A DNA stretch of 64,000 nucleotides from Guillardia theta CCMP2712 (lineage: Eukaryota; Protista; Cryptophyta): positions 351,357 through 415,356 of the forward strand of contig NW_005434619.1 in assembly GCF_000315625.1 (NCBI RefSeq), in the 5' to 3' direction. The notes beneath the pieces are model-generated. The model did no database searches, was not told where the DNA came from, and saw only the letters and a list, made by a program, of their open reading frames with translations. Within the stretch, counting starts at the first letter, position 1, and each line of letters begins with the position of its first letter. This document shows, one piece after another, positions 1 through 18,062 of the stretch. Made by a program: the position numbers and the translations under genes.

Positions 1-272
1 TACATGTGCCGGACAACCTGGTCCCGGCTATCCTTGGACGGGGAGGACAGATCATCAAGGAGATGATGGAAGTGAGCGGGGCAACGATCAAAGTGAGCCA
101 GAAAGGAGATTTTGTCCCAGGAACGAATAACAGGATCATATCTATCATAGGTGAATTAACTCCATGCCTCTGCACTAATGGAGCACGTTGCTGAGCGTGT
201 GCCTTGGCAGGGGACCAGAACGCTGCATCTTACGCCCATCAGCTGGTCAGTGCAAGAATCCCGCAGTTCTAG
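1..272 (+). CDS. KH-domain RNA-binding protein (NOVA/PCBP-like), 3' end only
   Basis: VPDNLVPAILGRGGQIIKEMMEVSGATIKVSQKGDFVPGTNNRIISIIG is a type I KH domain with the GxxG loop. A GT-AG intron at 151-210 is followed by DQNAASYAHQLVSARIPQF*, with TAG at 270-272. Confidence 0.85.
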
Positions 273-379
273 TGACAGAGAGGTATGAAATGTTGAGCAA
301 GGGTGAAGCTGGTGAGGTCTTGGAGACAAGATTTTGCCTTCGTCCCTCCTCGTCCAGCTCTTCTCCAGGAGATGGTTGA

Positions 380-2964
380 GTAAAAGCTGACTAATTGATA
401 ATCCCTTGCGGTGGACGCGCCCACGGCCGGTCGAGAGAGACAAAAGGCCGAGGACCTTGTATGGCGTCAAGACACTCAAATGATCGTCAGTGAGACCTTT
501 GGACGCAGACATGAGCATGTAAGCGAGGCCTGAGGAGACGGTGAGATCGCGTGAGGGGGGGGGAGAGGGACGGGGAGGAGCAGAGGAGCAGAGAAGAGGG
601 AAGGGGAGGAGCAGAGGAGCAGACAAGAGGGAAGGGGAGGAGCAGAGGAGCAGAGAGGAGGGAAGGGGAGAGCGGGGAGGGCAAAAGAGGAGACATGGGA
701 CATTGGATGGCAACTTACGAGAGATAGCAGAATCCAATCGTCCGATGAAGTAGTCGCACTGCAACTCACTCATTCTTGCTGCTCACATGATCTCTGGCGC
801 ACCTGAGACAAGGTGTCGATCTCTGCAATGGCGTGTAGGGCGGTAGCGCTGCCGTCAAGCTCTCCCCGCTCGATCCCTGCGCATGCGTCAGCGGAGGATT
901 GTGCAGAGTTTGTCTCGCACTTCTTTCCACCCACATGTCATACTGAGACTCGGCAGGATTGTGTTCAGGAGCCTGAGAAAGTGTCACCTAGCAACTAGAC
1001 CCGCATCGAACTTGACCTGCGATGCTCCGACGTCGTAAATTTTCCTGTCAATCTGCGACAAACATTGCTCATGCTCAAGTCAGTGTCAGGCAGGCAGGAG
1101 AACCGGCAGAGAGAAGCATTCAAAGTCTTGTAACGCATGGCACTTTTCCACCGTTTCGACATCATCAGTAGCAAGGAAGATGTTGGACACCTGGAAAACA
1201 CATTTGAAACGAGCAATCAACAAGATTTGCTTCTACCCCATACAACTCTTTCATCGCTCTCGCTTCCCTCAGGAAGTTCTCGAAATGCGGCATCCATCTG
1301 CAATGAAATGGTCACCAGGAGATTCTCACAGGCAAGCTCGCCTTGCTGCCATGAAGGAGTCGCCTCGCCGAACATGTATGCCGATGATCGGATGTTTCAT
1401 GTTCATTCCCGACCTGTCCGATCCTGTGATATGATTCCTCGTATGAGATCGGCTACCTTAGAGACTCTATGTACTGCCCTGTTCCAGAAAGTAGGGAAAT
1501 GAGGGATGTTCAGTGTAAAGCTCAGCAACGGAGAACAGGTACTGGTGCGGTCGTTGAAACGCCAGATGAAACTTAGAGCATGCGACTGAGAAACAACGTC
1601 TATGAAATCATGAACCTGATGCAAGAGACGTCACCTGGAGCCAGAATGATCCCTTGTGAGCGTATTTCGGTGTCGAGAAGTCATGCATAATTCCATCAAC
1701 ACCTGACCACGTGCCTTCACGCTCAGCCGCGAGCATTGCAGGCTTGTTCTGAACGAGGACGATGGTCAAAAATCGAAAGTCTGCGCGTTCATGGAGCTCA
1801 CATCGTCGTCAACAACTCTGAAGGAGACGTTTGTGACTCTGAGAAAGTAGCAGGACAAGCTCCTGTCATCTCCACAGAACTTGGAGGAAGTCCAAGTCGC
1901 CATGCTCCCGTTAGGTGCAGTGAAGATTCCTCCTGCACTCATTTCAGCATCAAGACTGACTTTTTCTCTTCAACAACAAGACAGGACCTGTCGCAAAGGC
2001 TTTCGCAAGATTGTGAGCTGCATACACCATCTAACTACTCGTCATGGTCGACATGAGCAACTCACGAGCAAGTGTACTCACGGTCACTCCGAAGCCTGAC
2101 ATCGGGGAAGCAGACGGTCGTACGTCCCACGGATCAGCATGCTGGGGGAATTGAGACTCAAACATGTCCTTGTAGACCTCAGCGGATTCCTCCTGCACTT
2201 TAGCTACACTCTGAGCCAGGACTTGCTCGTCAGGAAGGTATCTTGTATCTGTACAGAGATCTGTACACTGAATTTTGCCCTTGCCCTCCTCTCTCGTGGA
2301 ATAATGCCATACTCCACAGACCGAGGACGCATGGCACCCATCGACGCTCTCGACCTCCGACGGTGAAATTATGTGTCTGCACAGGAAGGTCAACCCGCCG
2401 CTTCTTCAGCACCCTGGACTACCTTGCTACATAATCCTGATACTCCAAGAGCTCGATCTGTGTCAACGGCACTGAAGTGCTCGTATCAACGTGAGAGAGG
2501 CTGTTGGCTGAGGCCTGTCGTCGACCGTCTAGAATCTCTAAGAGGTCAACGTCAACGTCAGAGTGCTTCACTATGAAGGCGCTTTCTCCGACGACCGGCC
2601 CGCAAGTTTCCTCTGCGCCACTGCACAGTGTGACGGTGATCTTGTGATGGCCGGCAGCGACATTCTCAATCGGAACGTCACACGGATAATCTTCACACAA
2701 GTGCAAACGAGCTCCGTCGAGATGGACTTGGACCCTTGTCTCTTGACTCCAGTGCATGTACCGGCGAATGGACGCTGTAAGATTCAACGCTGACGCATCC
2801 TGAGGTCGGATCACGAGCACGTCCCGAGATGCTTCAAAGAATGCATTCTTGGACAGGATGAGAACCTTGGCCTCGGAGTGCCCAGAGGGCGAGACTGGGT
2901 TCAGAACTTGAAGGAATATGCCGACTGCGAGGTAAACGAACACGGAGGGTCTACGCTGCATCAT
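380..2964 (-). CDS. Multi-exon secreted/Golgi alpha-1,6-fucosyltransferase-like glycosyltransferase (GT23/FUT8-like); 3' end approximate
   Basis: Hydrophobic N-terminus (MMQRRPSVFVYLAVGIFLQVL). The minus strand at ~1355-1400 reads KHPIIGIHVRRGDS (cf. FUT8 GVHVRRTDK). Spliced exons at ~500-850 give AIAEIDTLSQ|CDYFIGRLDSAISR|LAYMLM, matching the GT23 C-terminal motif (D..[23 protein letters not shown]). Confidence 0.7.
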
Positions 2965-3271
2965 GGAGGAAGAAGAGAGCTTCCACTAGACAAGAGCTCC
3001 TCAGCAACCTCCCTTACCTGCTTCTGTCCTCGCCTCCTCTTCACGCATGTTTCCCCCTTCCCCCCTCCCTCTCCCTCTTGCTCCTAGAGTATTTGCCATG
3101 ACGCAGCCATCTCAAGTTTGTGGTATCGCCTTGACCGTTTTAAACCGTTTCATGTACTCCGTGTCAAACATTCGGAACCAGGCAAGCACTTCATTGCTTT
3201 CTTTGCTCAGTAATACACTACTCTTTCAGTAAACAACACATCAGCAACCGCTTTCAGTACAGTTATCCTCT

Positions 3272-5143
3272 TCACAGATCCCGCACATTGAACGAGCTGT
3301 CGTCCATCTTATCTAGAGCTATCCTAACTGGCTCCAACCCTGGCTCGTTGAGAATACTCGCAAGCATGTGACTTGGATTTGATTTCTCCTTCTCCCCTGA
3401 CGCTGTCTCCTTCACCAGCTCTCCACTGAGTACAAACTTGAGAAGGGAAGGCGAGAAACCAGCTAGCAGGGTCACTCCGGGCGTGTCTGACTTCACTGGA
3501 AATCCGTCTGAGGATGAATTGACATTCCAGAAGATGATGTGGGGCGGCTCTATCGGCCGGCCATACAGGCGCATTCCCTCCTGCCTGAAGAGCTGCTTCA
3601 TGTTGTCGTGAGCTGTCTTGGGGTCCTGTCCCGCCGCTTCATCGAACTGCATGTCTGAGATGATGAGCAAGTTGGGGATCTCGTCGGGCTGGAGACCCTT
3701 GCTGCGGACCAGCTCCAGGATGAGTTTCATGGCCTTGTACACATCCGTGTTGCCACCCCAGTCTGCTCGCATCAGTGACTTCACTTTGTCGACTATGTTG
3801 GTGCAGCCTTGCAGCTTGTGCCATGAAGGCCTCTCAGAGAAGGTCAGGACGAGGTCCCTATACGCTGGGTGGGATACTTCGGAGCAGAGGATTCCAAGGG
3901 CGATAGAGACGAACATCGGGGTGCCGCTCATGGATCCAGACACGTCTGACATTGCGATCGTTTTCCCGAGATCCACAGGTCGTTTAGAATCCGATTCCAA
4001 TGCCTTTGCCTCGAGCACATCTTGGACGATGGAGAGCAGCTCGGATTTCTGTTCGGTGCTTTCATTCCCTGCCTTGACTGCAAGATGGTCGTCAAGGTCT
4101 TGGGACATCGCTGAGAGCTCTGCTTTCCTGTTTGAGATCATCTCCTCGACATTTTCCCGCACTTTTTCCCATAGAACCCCACAGATTTCTCGGACAGCCC
4201 CTGAGCAACGCTTCATGCCAAGGATCTTCTGTACAATCTCGTGAGGGAAAAGCTGCTTCCCATTCAGGGTCTTCTCGCGTGTCGCCTCAAGAAACGTTTC
4301 ACGGCACTTCATCCGACTCTCTTCCGAGGAACGCATTTCTTCACCTTTGACCTCCTCATTGAGGAAAGCTTTCATGTACCTCTGCACCGCCAGGGAAGGG
4401 ACAGTGTTGAATTGTATGGTATCCCACTGGTTCGAGCTCATCTTCACCTCGGGGACATCCAAGGCTCTCCTCAGCTCGGACAACATCCTGCGGTATTTGC
4501 TCTTGACGTACCGGCCGGCTCTGACGGGATCTTTTGTCGATGTCAGGACATCACCATAGAGCTTCTGACAGATGCTTCGGGTCGCTCCGAGCTCGCGTCC
4601 AAACGCATGACCCTCGGAGGGTGCGAACTTTGCGCACAGAGAGAGTTTGGGTACCAGCCCTTGCTCTTGAGCTTCCGTTAGCTCTCTGTAATCGGTTTTG
4701 AGCTGATCAGCAAACAAAGTCCAGACTCTGTCTGCGATAACATCATAGTCATCCTGCTGCATACCTGCACCTTTGCAATTTTGCAACAGGAGCAACAGGT
4801 CCTTCCAATATCCAAAGCTGGGAACAATGACGAGAAGCTCGAGCACCACTGAGGGGAAATATTTGTACAGAACTCGCATCATGATCAAGAAAAGTTTGCG
4901 CTCTCCCTTTCCTCCCCTGCACCAACGAGTCTGGAACGCCAGCACGAAAAGCGATTTGACGGTTTGGACGTCGCCGTGCTGTTGAGCCTCCACTAGCACG
5001 TCACGTACTGAGTCTTTGATCTGCTCCTCTTGCAAGCCTCGCACGAGCTTGGAGAGGAGCGCGAGGAGAGGTTCACCAAACGAAGCGGGGTCTAGTTCCC
5101 AATGACCATTGCACCCCTTGGTGTAGGCCACGGTGGAAGCCAT
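3272..5143 (-). CDS. DUF2828-family protein with C-terminal vWA domain (intronless, 623 aa)
   Basis: Motifs AFQTRWCRGGKGER, GYWKDLL, SLCAKFAPSE, VPEVKMS..WDTIQF..VPS, LFPHEIV, MIDAS-like DVSGSM, WGGNTD, IISDMQFD and PHIIFWNV are typical of DUF2828. ATG at 5141-5143. Confidence 0.85.
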   Translation of the reverse strand: MASTVAYTKGCNGHWELDPASFGEPLLALLSKLVRGLQEEQIKDSVRDVLVEAQQHGDVQTVKSLFVLAFQTRWCRGGKGERKLFLIMMRVLYKYFPSVVLELLVIVPSFGYWKDLLLLLQNCKGAGMQQDDYDVIADRVWTLFADQLKTDYRELTEAQEQGLVPKLSLCAKFAPSEGHAFGRELGATRSICQKLYGDVLTSTKDPVRAGRYVKSKYRRMLSELRRALDVPEVKMSSNQWDTIQFNTVPSLAVQRYMKAFLNEEVKGEEMRSSEESRMKCRETFLEATREKTLNGKQLFPHEIVQKILGMKRCSGAVREICGVLWEKVRENVEEMISNRKAELSAMSQDLDDHLAVKAGNESTEQKSELLSIVQDVLEAKALESDSKRPVDLGKTIAMSDVSGSMSGTPMFVSIALGILCSEVSHPAYRDLVLTFSERPSWHKLQGCTNIVDKVKSLMRADWGGNTDVYKAMKLILELVRSKGLQPDEIPNLLIISDMQFDEAAGQDPKTAHDNMKQLFRQEGMRLYGRPIEPPHIIFWNVNSSSDGFPVKSDTPGVTLLAGFSPSLLKFVLSGELVKETASGEKEKSNPSHMLASILNEPGLEPVRIALDKMDDSSFNVRDL

Positions 5144-5313
5144 GATCAGGAGGGCGGAGGACGGGCGGCTAGGTGAAGGGACGGAGGGCAAGCTCGAGAG
5201 AGAGGAGGGGAGAGGAGGGCGGGGGGATGGGAGGTCGAGAAGGAGGAGGTGTGAGGGAGGGAGGACGAGCAGGAGGAGGAGCCTCGGAGGAGAGCGGTAA
5301 GGTTTTATAGTCA

Positions 5314-5345
5314 TTTACTCAAAGTTAAGTTAAAATTAGTACGAG
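5314..5345 (+). repeat. Dispersed 33-bp intergenic element, copy 1
   Basis: TTTACTCAAAGTTAAGTTAAAATTAGTACGAG, near-identical to the copies at 20780, 20858, 27487 and 27833. Confidence 0.9.
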
Positions 5346-5834
5346 TCGGTTGGATTTTTCCTTGTTTGTGGTCGACAGCCTGTTGCAGTGGTAGGATTGC
5401 GATGCGACCCCCCGGACGGGCACCGGGGCCGGGCCGGGGAGTCTCCGAGTCGGATCCGGAGTCCCGGGCCGGCAGCCGGCCCGGACTCCGAGGGTTCAGG
5501 CGGGCCCGGGGCCAGCGCCGACCGTGTCCTGCACTGAGTCACGGCGGGTACCTGAATTTAAAATTTTATAGTTGAATTCACGTCATTTTTCTTTTCAAAT
5601 CTAGTAACGAGATTTCAATTCTAACACCGGATATAGAAAAACTGAGCCTTCCATGACAGCCAGGGGAAGCAGCAGGACGGAGGCGACGCGAGCGATGGCG
5701 AAGGAGTGAATATGAAGCATGCAGGTGGATGATAACAAGAGATGAATGCCGTTCAAGGCCATCGGAGTCCTCCAAGGTTGGTAGCAGCCCTCGTTCTCGG
5801 ATGCTAGGAGGAGGTGGGCCACGTTGAAGAAGCG

Positions 5835-8800
5835 ATGCTAAGCTCTTCATTCGATGCCGGCCATACGCCCATGAGGCGCGCAGATTTCGGTGACTATGAC
5901 GATGATGATAACAGACGTAGGGACAAGCTCAGAGAGCAGGAGAGCGGTGTCCTCTTCGCTGGGATGGAGGGAGACATGGTGCAAGATGATCGCAAGGCTG
6001 AGTCGAGGTGGGCCCGAGAGAAGAAGAGGATGGAGGCGGATTTGAGGAGGAAAGAGGCGGAGATCTCTCATCTAGAGCGGAGATTAAAGATGTCCAAGGA
6101 GAACATGCGGACGGTCTTGTCTGAGAACGAAAGCAGCCAGGACACGATGAAGGTTGAAATCAACGAGCTAAAGCAAATGTTAGCCAGAAAAGACGGAGAG
6201 ATTCTTGCTCTGCAGCACAAGTCAACAATAGCCCATCCAAGGCATCATGATCATCATCCAGGCTCGCACCACGAGGATTCAAGAAACTCTGACGCCAGCG
6301 ATGCTGCGAGAATTATGAAGGAGCTGCGGGAGGCTGCGGATCAGTTTTCCAAGGGAGCTGTCGGTTCAGACGCAGACGTGAAAGAGATCTTGCTGAAAGT
6401 CCTTCAAGACTCAGCGCAGAACAGGAAAGAGATTGAAAGACTGCAAGAGGAGAAACGTGAGCTTGAGGTGAAGGTTCATATTTTACGTGGTCCCCGGTGA
6501 CCTCGTATTTGACAGGCTGCCGTTGAAGAGATGAGGACGGTTTGCATCGACAAGATTGTCTCAAGGGCGGTAGAGGATGAAGAGCGTTCAAGTCAGAAGG
6601 AGAGACAGGATGCGGTTGCCTCGAACGAGAGTGAGAATGAGATCAGAGTTCAAGAGCTGCGCACGAGGGTTAAAGAGTTGAACGAGGAGATTCATGAGCG
6701 CGACCGTCAGATCTCAGAGGCGATGAGGAGAGTGGAAGAGGAGAAAGCAAGAGCAGACAAAGCAGGGCAGAAGATCGTCAAGAAGATGACTGCTCAGACG
6801 GAAGAGCACCTGCGGACCATCGCAGCGCAGGCCCGTCAGATCAATCAGATCGAATCCAACCTGAGGAAGGCCATTGAGAAGTACGAAGAAGCCAAGGAGC
6901 TTCAAACCTCGTGGTCTACCTCTGCAGAGTTGTGCACAAGAGATTTCGAAGCTCAAATGGCAAGGTTGGAAAAGACTCTCGATGATTCACACAAGTTCTC
7001 GTTGGAGCTTCTTGCCACTGTGGATCAACTGAACGCGCAGAATCGACAATTGGAGAACGCCTTGATGCAGGAAAGAAATGACGGCAAGCAGGCGGACGAT
7101 GTTCTCGAAGTTCTGATCTCTCAGCTTGCTGACTTGGAGTCGGACTTGTCATGCTTTCGGTCCTGCTGGAGTGGAGATTTTCCATCAAGCGAGGGGGGGG
7201 ACACTCAAAACCTCCTCCCCAACTTTGATGAGCTCAAGACGCGTCAAGGAATCGAGTTGTTTGAGAGCCTGAAAATCTTCTCTGGGACATTTGAGTTAGG
7301 GGGAACTTTGACGCGGGATGGTCAGTACGTCTCAACGCTCGAGGACAAGCTTCAAAAGGCGTACGAGAAGATTCATTGCCTCGAAGAGGAAGTGAGTTCT
7401 TAATCCTACCCAGCTGTTGTCAGGAGATCTTACTTGCGATGTGTTCCCCTTCAGGTGAAAGAGCTCAACGAGGACTGTCAGAAGATGCATGATTCATGGC
7501 AGAAGGAGTGTGAGGAGAGGATCAAACAAGTCGAAAACCTCACTGCCAAGAATGCTCGACAAGCGGACACTCTGTCACACCTCACTTCTGAGATCGCCAT
7601 CCTGAAGGCTTCTTGTGCCTGCCCACCTTCTCCCGGAAGGTGTCGCATCCTCCCTCCACCTCTCCCCCTCTCCCTCCCCCACCTCAATCCCACCTATCTT
7701 CCTGTGTCTCTCTCCCCTCCTCTCCGTGCCTCTTCCTCTTCCTCTACCTTTACCTCTTCCTCTTCCTCTGCTTCTACCCCTCTAGCAAGTGTCTGACGTC
7801 ATCGAGCAGCTTGAATGGATCGCTTGCCGTCCCCTCGTCGCCAGGGAAGCCTCAGACGCAGTACTCGAAGCGAGAGGAGGGAAACGCCATCGACGTGTCT
7901 CACGACGCAGACACCACCGAGGAGGATCTGTCGGAGGCCTGGAGCGTGTTGAGCTCCACGGGCGGGGCTCAGCGCTCGCAGGATTGGGAGCAGACCAACC
8001 CCGAGCAGCTGCAGGTGAACAAACTCAGGCAGGCGATCGACATGCTGCAGCGGCGCGTGCGCGACCAGGAGGCGAAGGCGAACAAGTTCCAGACTGAGAG
8101 CCAGCTGGAGCGATCGCGATCTGTGGCACAGAGAGCAGACATGCAGCGGCAGGTGATGCAGCAAGTGGACGAGCTGTCGCGGCAGCACAAGGTGGTTTCA
8201 GACCTCACCCAGGCTCTAGAGCAAATGCACCTCGAGCTGAAGGCCTCAAGGGAGCGAGAAGCGGAACTGACCACGAGGGTACAGCAGATGGAAGAGGAGG
8301 AGAAGCAGATCCACCGCGCGAGCAAGCAGAGCTGGACGAGCGAGGGATGCGAGTTCGAGAATTCGCACCTGAGGGCAGAGGTGGAAGACCTTCGGCTGTG
8401 CCTTCAAGCAGCTAAGGACAACACGTCACTAGTGAGGGAGGGGATGGCTCTGAAGCTTCTGCGGGTAAAGTGCTTCCTTGCCTCCCTTCCTCTCCTTCCA
8501 TTCTTGATGATGCTTCCATCGCTCTGATCCCTCACCTCCTTCCCTACTCATCTTCCTCCCCCAACTTCTTCCTCTCCCTCTCCTTTTCTCTTTCCCTCTC
8601 TCTCTCGCTCCCTTCTCCTCTTCCTCTTTGCTGCTCTCTTCTCCTCTCTTCTCCTCTCTTCTCCTCTCTCTTGTGCTCCTGCCCGATGACGCTGCCCATC
8701 GTTGTGCAGGTGGAGAGCAAGTTGAGAGACAAGGAGATCGAGTGCTTCCGGCTGCGGGAGCTCCTAGGCCTCTCCTCTTCCTCCTCGCCCGACCCACTGG

Positions 8801-11800
8801 AGGGAAGCGAGTCCCTGCGGGCCAAGTCAACCACAGACTTCCACGTGAACCCAGCCCAGGTGCTGCGAGAGTTTCTCTCCTCCCCTCGGGCTCCAGCAAG
8901 GAGCCAGAGGGAGCAGGAGAAGGAGGAAGGGAAGAGTGGAGGGCAGGACGGGGAGAGGGTTAAGGATCTAGAGGAAGAGCTTCAGAGGAAGGAGGAGGCG
9001 GCTAGAGAGTTGGTCAAGAGCCTCAAGGAGGAGCATGACCTGGTCAAACGGGAGCTACAAGGAAGGATCAATGAGCTGGAGGTGGGTTTCTTTCCGTCGA
9101 GCAGCCTGAAGGTGGACATGGGGTGAACGTTTGCGCAGGAGGAGCTGAAGCAGAAGACTGTGTTTGTGGAATCGCCGATCAGACCTGTAAGATGTTTTCT
9201 TCCGATCCCCCTTGTCGTTGGCATCACGAATCCTCACGGTTGGTCAAACTTGCAGAAATCCAGCTATCCCTCAGCAGAGCTGAATGGAGAAGCAGGGTTT
9301 TCCAACGACTCCTCACATGGCTCCAGTAAGATCTGACGCGGAGAGGGTTTGTGGATGACGTATACTTGTCAATAGAAACTTTCGGTAGCGAGAGAGCTCT
9401 GCATGCAAAGGAGCAGGTTGGCTGTCATGGAGTCTGGTTGTTAGACCTGACAAGAGGCTTCATAGGAGAAGATGAAACATTGGTTGAAGATTGCAGAGGT
9501 GTTTGTTGCTGCCCGTGGTTGCTGTTGTGTTCTGAGCCCTGCGGTGTGAAAACAGAAGAAGGGGCCAGTAGCCGACGATTCTGTTGACACTGAGATGGTG
9601 AAGAAGCTTGTCATCCAGCTGCTGGTTGTTGACGTTGATCCTGATTGAGGGGTTGTTGAGCTGAAGGTTGGCAGGCCGAGACTGAAGAGCTTCAGAGCTT
9701 CGTTGAGCTGCACAGTGACGTCATCATCGCCGATGACGGCAAGCTGTCCGATGACGAGGCAACAAGGTCTCGTTGCTCACAGGGTGCTGTGTTTGAGGAC
9801 TAATGGTGGGAGCAGCGAGCAAGGCAAGCTGCTGCCGTCCGGTGCCGAGGACCGAAGCGCGGAGTTGGCGGAGCTGCAACAAGCGATCAGCAGGAAAGAG
9901 CAGATGGTGGCATGGCTGCGCTCCAAGGTAAGGGAGGGATGATGAGGGAGGAGTTTGGGAGCTGACTGACGATGGTAGATCATGAGATTCGCAGACCTGC
10001 TGAAGGACTTGAGGGATGACAGCATAACGAGTCTGAGGCAGAAGGACAAGCTCATAGCCGAGCTGCAGCTGGAACTCACGAACGCCGCGGAGAAGGGACA
10101 GGACGAGCACGGTCACGTTGAGCTGCGGCAGGATGTCGCAAGGAAGGAGCTATGCTCTCAAGAGACGCAGACTGGGACCGTTGGAGTGGAAGAGAAACAG
10201 ACGGGGACAGGAGGGGAGGAGGAGGAGGACGTGAGGTTTTCGATCCTCAAGCCGGATGCTGTCGACAAGGACGCGACCATCTCTCAGCTCAACGATGAGA
10301 TCAAGAAACTTCGGTGACTGCTCTTGCCCTTCCTCCTCCTCCTCCTCCTCCTCCTCCTCCTCCTCCTCCTCCTCCTCCTCCTCCTCCTCCTCCTCCTCCT
10401 CCTCCTCCTCCTCCTCCTCCTCCTCCTCCTCCTCCTCCTCCTCCTTCCTCAGGACTCTGACCGCTTTTGTGAAACCTCAGCGAGCTGGTTCTGTCGCAGA
10501 GCGATCAGATTTCTGTCTTGCAAGACGAGGTGGGCTTGTTGTCTTTCGTTGTCAAGAGCTCATGGCATGTCAAGGCCCTCGCGTACCTGAAGAAGAACGC
10601 GTCTGTCGTCAAGAGCGGTCCCCTCACGCTCTGTTAAGACTCAGCGGTTGATGGTGTGGCCTTGTAGACGTGTCGTCAAGGCTGCAGGTGGAGGAAGCGT
10701 GCTCGCGGCAGGTGGACAAGCTGGTGCAAGAGATTGCTGGTAAAGCGCGTCAAGTGAGATGGTCGACCGTTGAGAGTTTGCGGCAGCTGCTGGTCGGGAG
10801 CTGAGGGAAGTCAGCGTTGAGGTGAGAGCCTCTGACAGGAAGCAGCGGCATGGCTGAGGGAGAGGCAGGTGGAGATGGGGCTGGAGCACATGAGGGCGAC
10901 GAGCGAAGAGGTGGAGGGACTGGGAATGAGGCAGGAGTGACGAGAATGGTCAGGATGAGGAGAGTTTGCTGCAGGAACGGCGGGCAAGGGACGCGCTAGA
11001 GGCGGGTGAGCTCGCCATCGACCTGCTGTGGTTGTCGCTGACGTGCTGCGTTGCCTTGCAGAGCTGGGGGTGCTGAGGGAGCGCGTGCAACGATATGAGG
11101 AAGAGCGGAAGGACGAGAGGGAGAAGGCGGGGGGAGAGGAGAAACGCGAGAAGAGAGAGTCGTACTTGAGCCTGAGCAACATGACAATGCCGGTGGAGGA
11201 GAAAACGCAAATGATCATCGAGCTGAAGGCCAAGGTGAGGAGGAGCAGGGGCAGGAGGAAGGAAGGAGGAGAGCGAAGGGAGGAGAGCGGGAGAGCGAGG
11301 GGAGGAGAGCGAAAGGGAGGAGGTTGAGAAGATCGGGAAGGAGTAGGGGAGGGAGGGGCATCAGTGGGAGGAGGCGAAGAGTGGGAGGGAGGAGGAAGAG
11401 TTGCTGGTCGTCTGCTGACATGCCAGCAGATCTCCCAGCTGTACAAGGAGCTGAAGGAAGGGGAGGAGAACATGCTGCTGCTCACCAAGAAGTACGACAT
11501 GATGAAGGTAGGGAGACAAGGACAAGGGCAGGAAGGGATCAGGAGGGGGAGTAGGAGGGGGAGGAGGAAGAGGAGGAAGCGGAATAGACGAGGACGATAG
11601 AAGCATGGGGGAGGGAGCAGCGAGGAGAGAGGAGGCAGGAGGAGGAGAGGGAGAGGGCACATAGTCTGCGCATTTTGATCATCATCACAGAGGAACATGA
11701 AGACGTACAAGCTGGACGTGGCGGGCAAGATCGGGCAGCTCCGTGAGCAGCTGCAGGACAAGGTTCCTTGCTGGAGGGCTGGGCTGCCTCGTCTGATCGC

Positions 11801-12811
11801 GGAGCAGGAGGAGGAACTGCGGGAGCTGGAGAAGAAGAGTGGAAAGACTTCGCACAAGAACTGAGAGAGGAGGAGGAGGANNNNNNNNNNNNNNNNNNNN
11901 NNNNNNNNNNNNNNNNNNNNNNNNNNNNNNNNNNNNNNNNNNNNNNNNNNNNNNNNNNNNNNNNNNNNNNNNNNNNNNNNNNNNNNNNNNNNNNNNNNNN
12001 NNNNNNNNNNNNNNNNNNNNNNNNNNNNNNNNNNNNNNNNNNNNNNNNNNNNNNNNNNNNNNNNNNNNNNNNNNNNNNNNNNNNNNNNNNNNNNNNNNNN
12101 NNNNNNNNNNNNNNNNNNNNNNNNNNNNNNNNNNNNNNNNNNNNNNNNNNNNNNNNNNNNNNNNNNNNNNNNNNNNNNNNNNNNNNNNNNNNNNNNNNNN
12201 NNNNNNNNNNNNNNNNNNNNNNNNNNNNNNNNNNNNNNNNNNNNNNNNNNNNNNNNNNNNNNNNNNNNNNNNNNNNNNNNNNNNNNNNNNNNNNNNNNNN
12301 NNNNNNNNNNNNNNNNNNNNNNNNNNNNNNNNNNNNNNNNNNNNNNNNNNNNNNNNNNNNNNNNNNNNNNNNNNNNNNNNNNNNNNNNNNNNNNNNNNNN
12401 NNNNNNNNNNNTTATAATTAAGATAATAAAATCAAACTTAATTCGAAGTTCATCTCCGGACCACGACAACCCCACAATCTCGGCGTCAAAGAACACCAAC
12501 TCGCAGACCCCCCACCCTCTTCGATGGGTTTCCCCACACCGTTTTCTTCCTTCACTTTCATCTTTCAGCCACTCCCCCTCCCCGGGGGGGGGGGGGGCCA
12601 CCACCCCTTCACCTCCACCTCCGCCTCCTCCTCCTCCTCCTCCTCCTCCCCTCCCCCCATCCTTCCCCCACCTCTCTCTTCCTCCCCTTCCCTTCTTCCT
12701 TGCTTCTCCTCCCTCCTCGCTTTGCTCACTTGCTCTCGCAGCTCACGCGAGGGGCTTCTCTTCTGGAGGCACAAGCTGCCGAGCGACTTGACAAGGAGCC
12801 TTCCGGCATGA
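5835..12811 (+). CDS. Large multi-exon coiled-coil protein (hypothetical); spans an assembly gap, 3' end uncertain
   Basis: Successive E/K/R/Q/L-rich heptad ORFs (5835-6470, 6531-7390, 7455-7610, ~7790-8465, ~8710-9080, ~9980-10315, ~11030-11235, ~11430-11870) separated by plausible introns. Confidence 0.6.
10331..10443 (+). repeat. (CCT)n microsatellite, intronic
   Basis: Uninterrupted trinucleotide run, representative of many such tracts in this window. Confidence 0.95.
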
Positions 12812-13249
12812 GGACGGAGAGAGCACCGGGAAGTAGCGAATGCAATGCGGGGAGGAGGAGGAGGAGGAGGAGGAGGAGGAGGCTACTGTGATGATGATGA
12901 GATGATGTATTGTTATGGACTGAGAGAGGATATGTACGAAAGTTGAAAGTGAAGGAAGAAAACAGCGTGAGGAAACTAATCGATGAGGATGGGAGCTTGA
13001 GAGATGCTGGACTTGACGACTGTCCTGCACTCGCTGGGGGAAGGAGGGAGGAAAGTCTTTGGGCTTCCAATCTTGTGACGCACTGCTGAGAGAAGTCAGA
13101 TTCATGGAAGGAATGAGAGAGGAGGAGCAAGAGCAGAAGCAGAGGTGATAGGAGGAGGAGGCACAGGAGGAGGAGAAATAGGGAGGAGGAGGAGGAGGAG
13201 GAGAAAAAGGAGGACGAGGAGGAGGAGGAGGAGGAGGAGGAGGAGAGTA

Positions 13250-18062
<4,813 letters not shown>

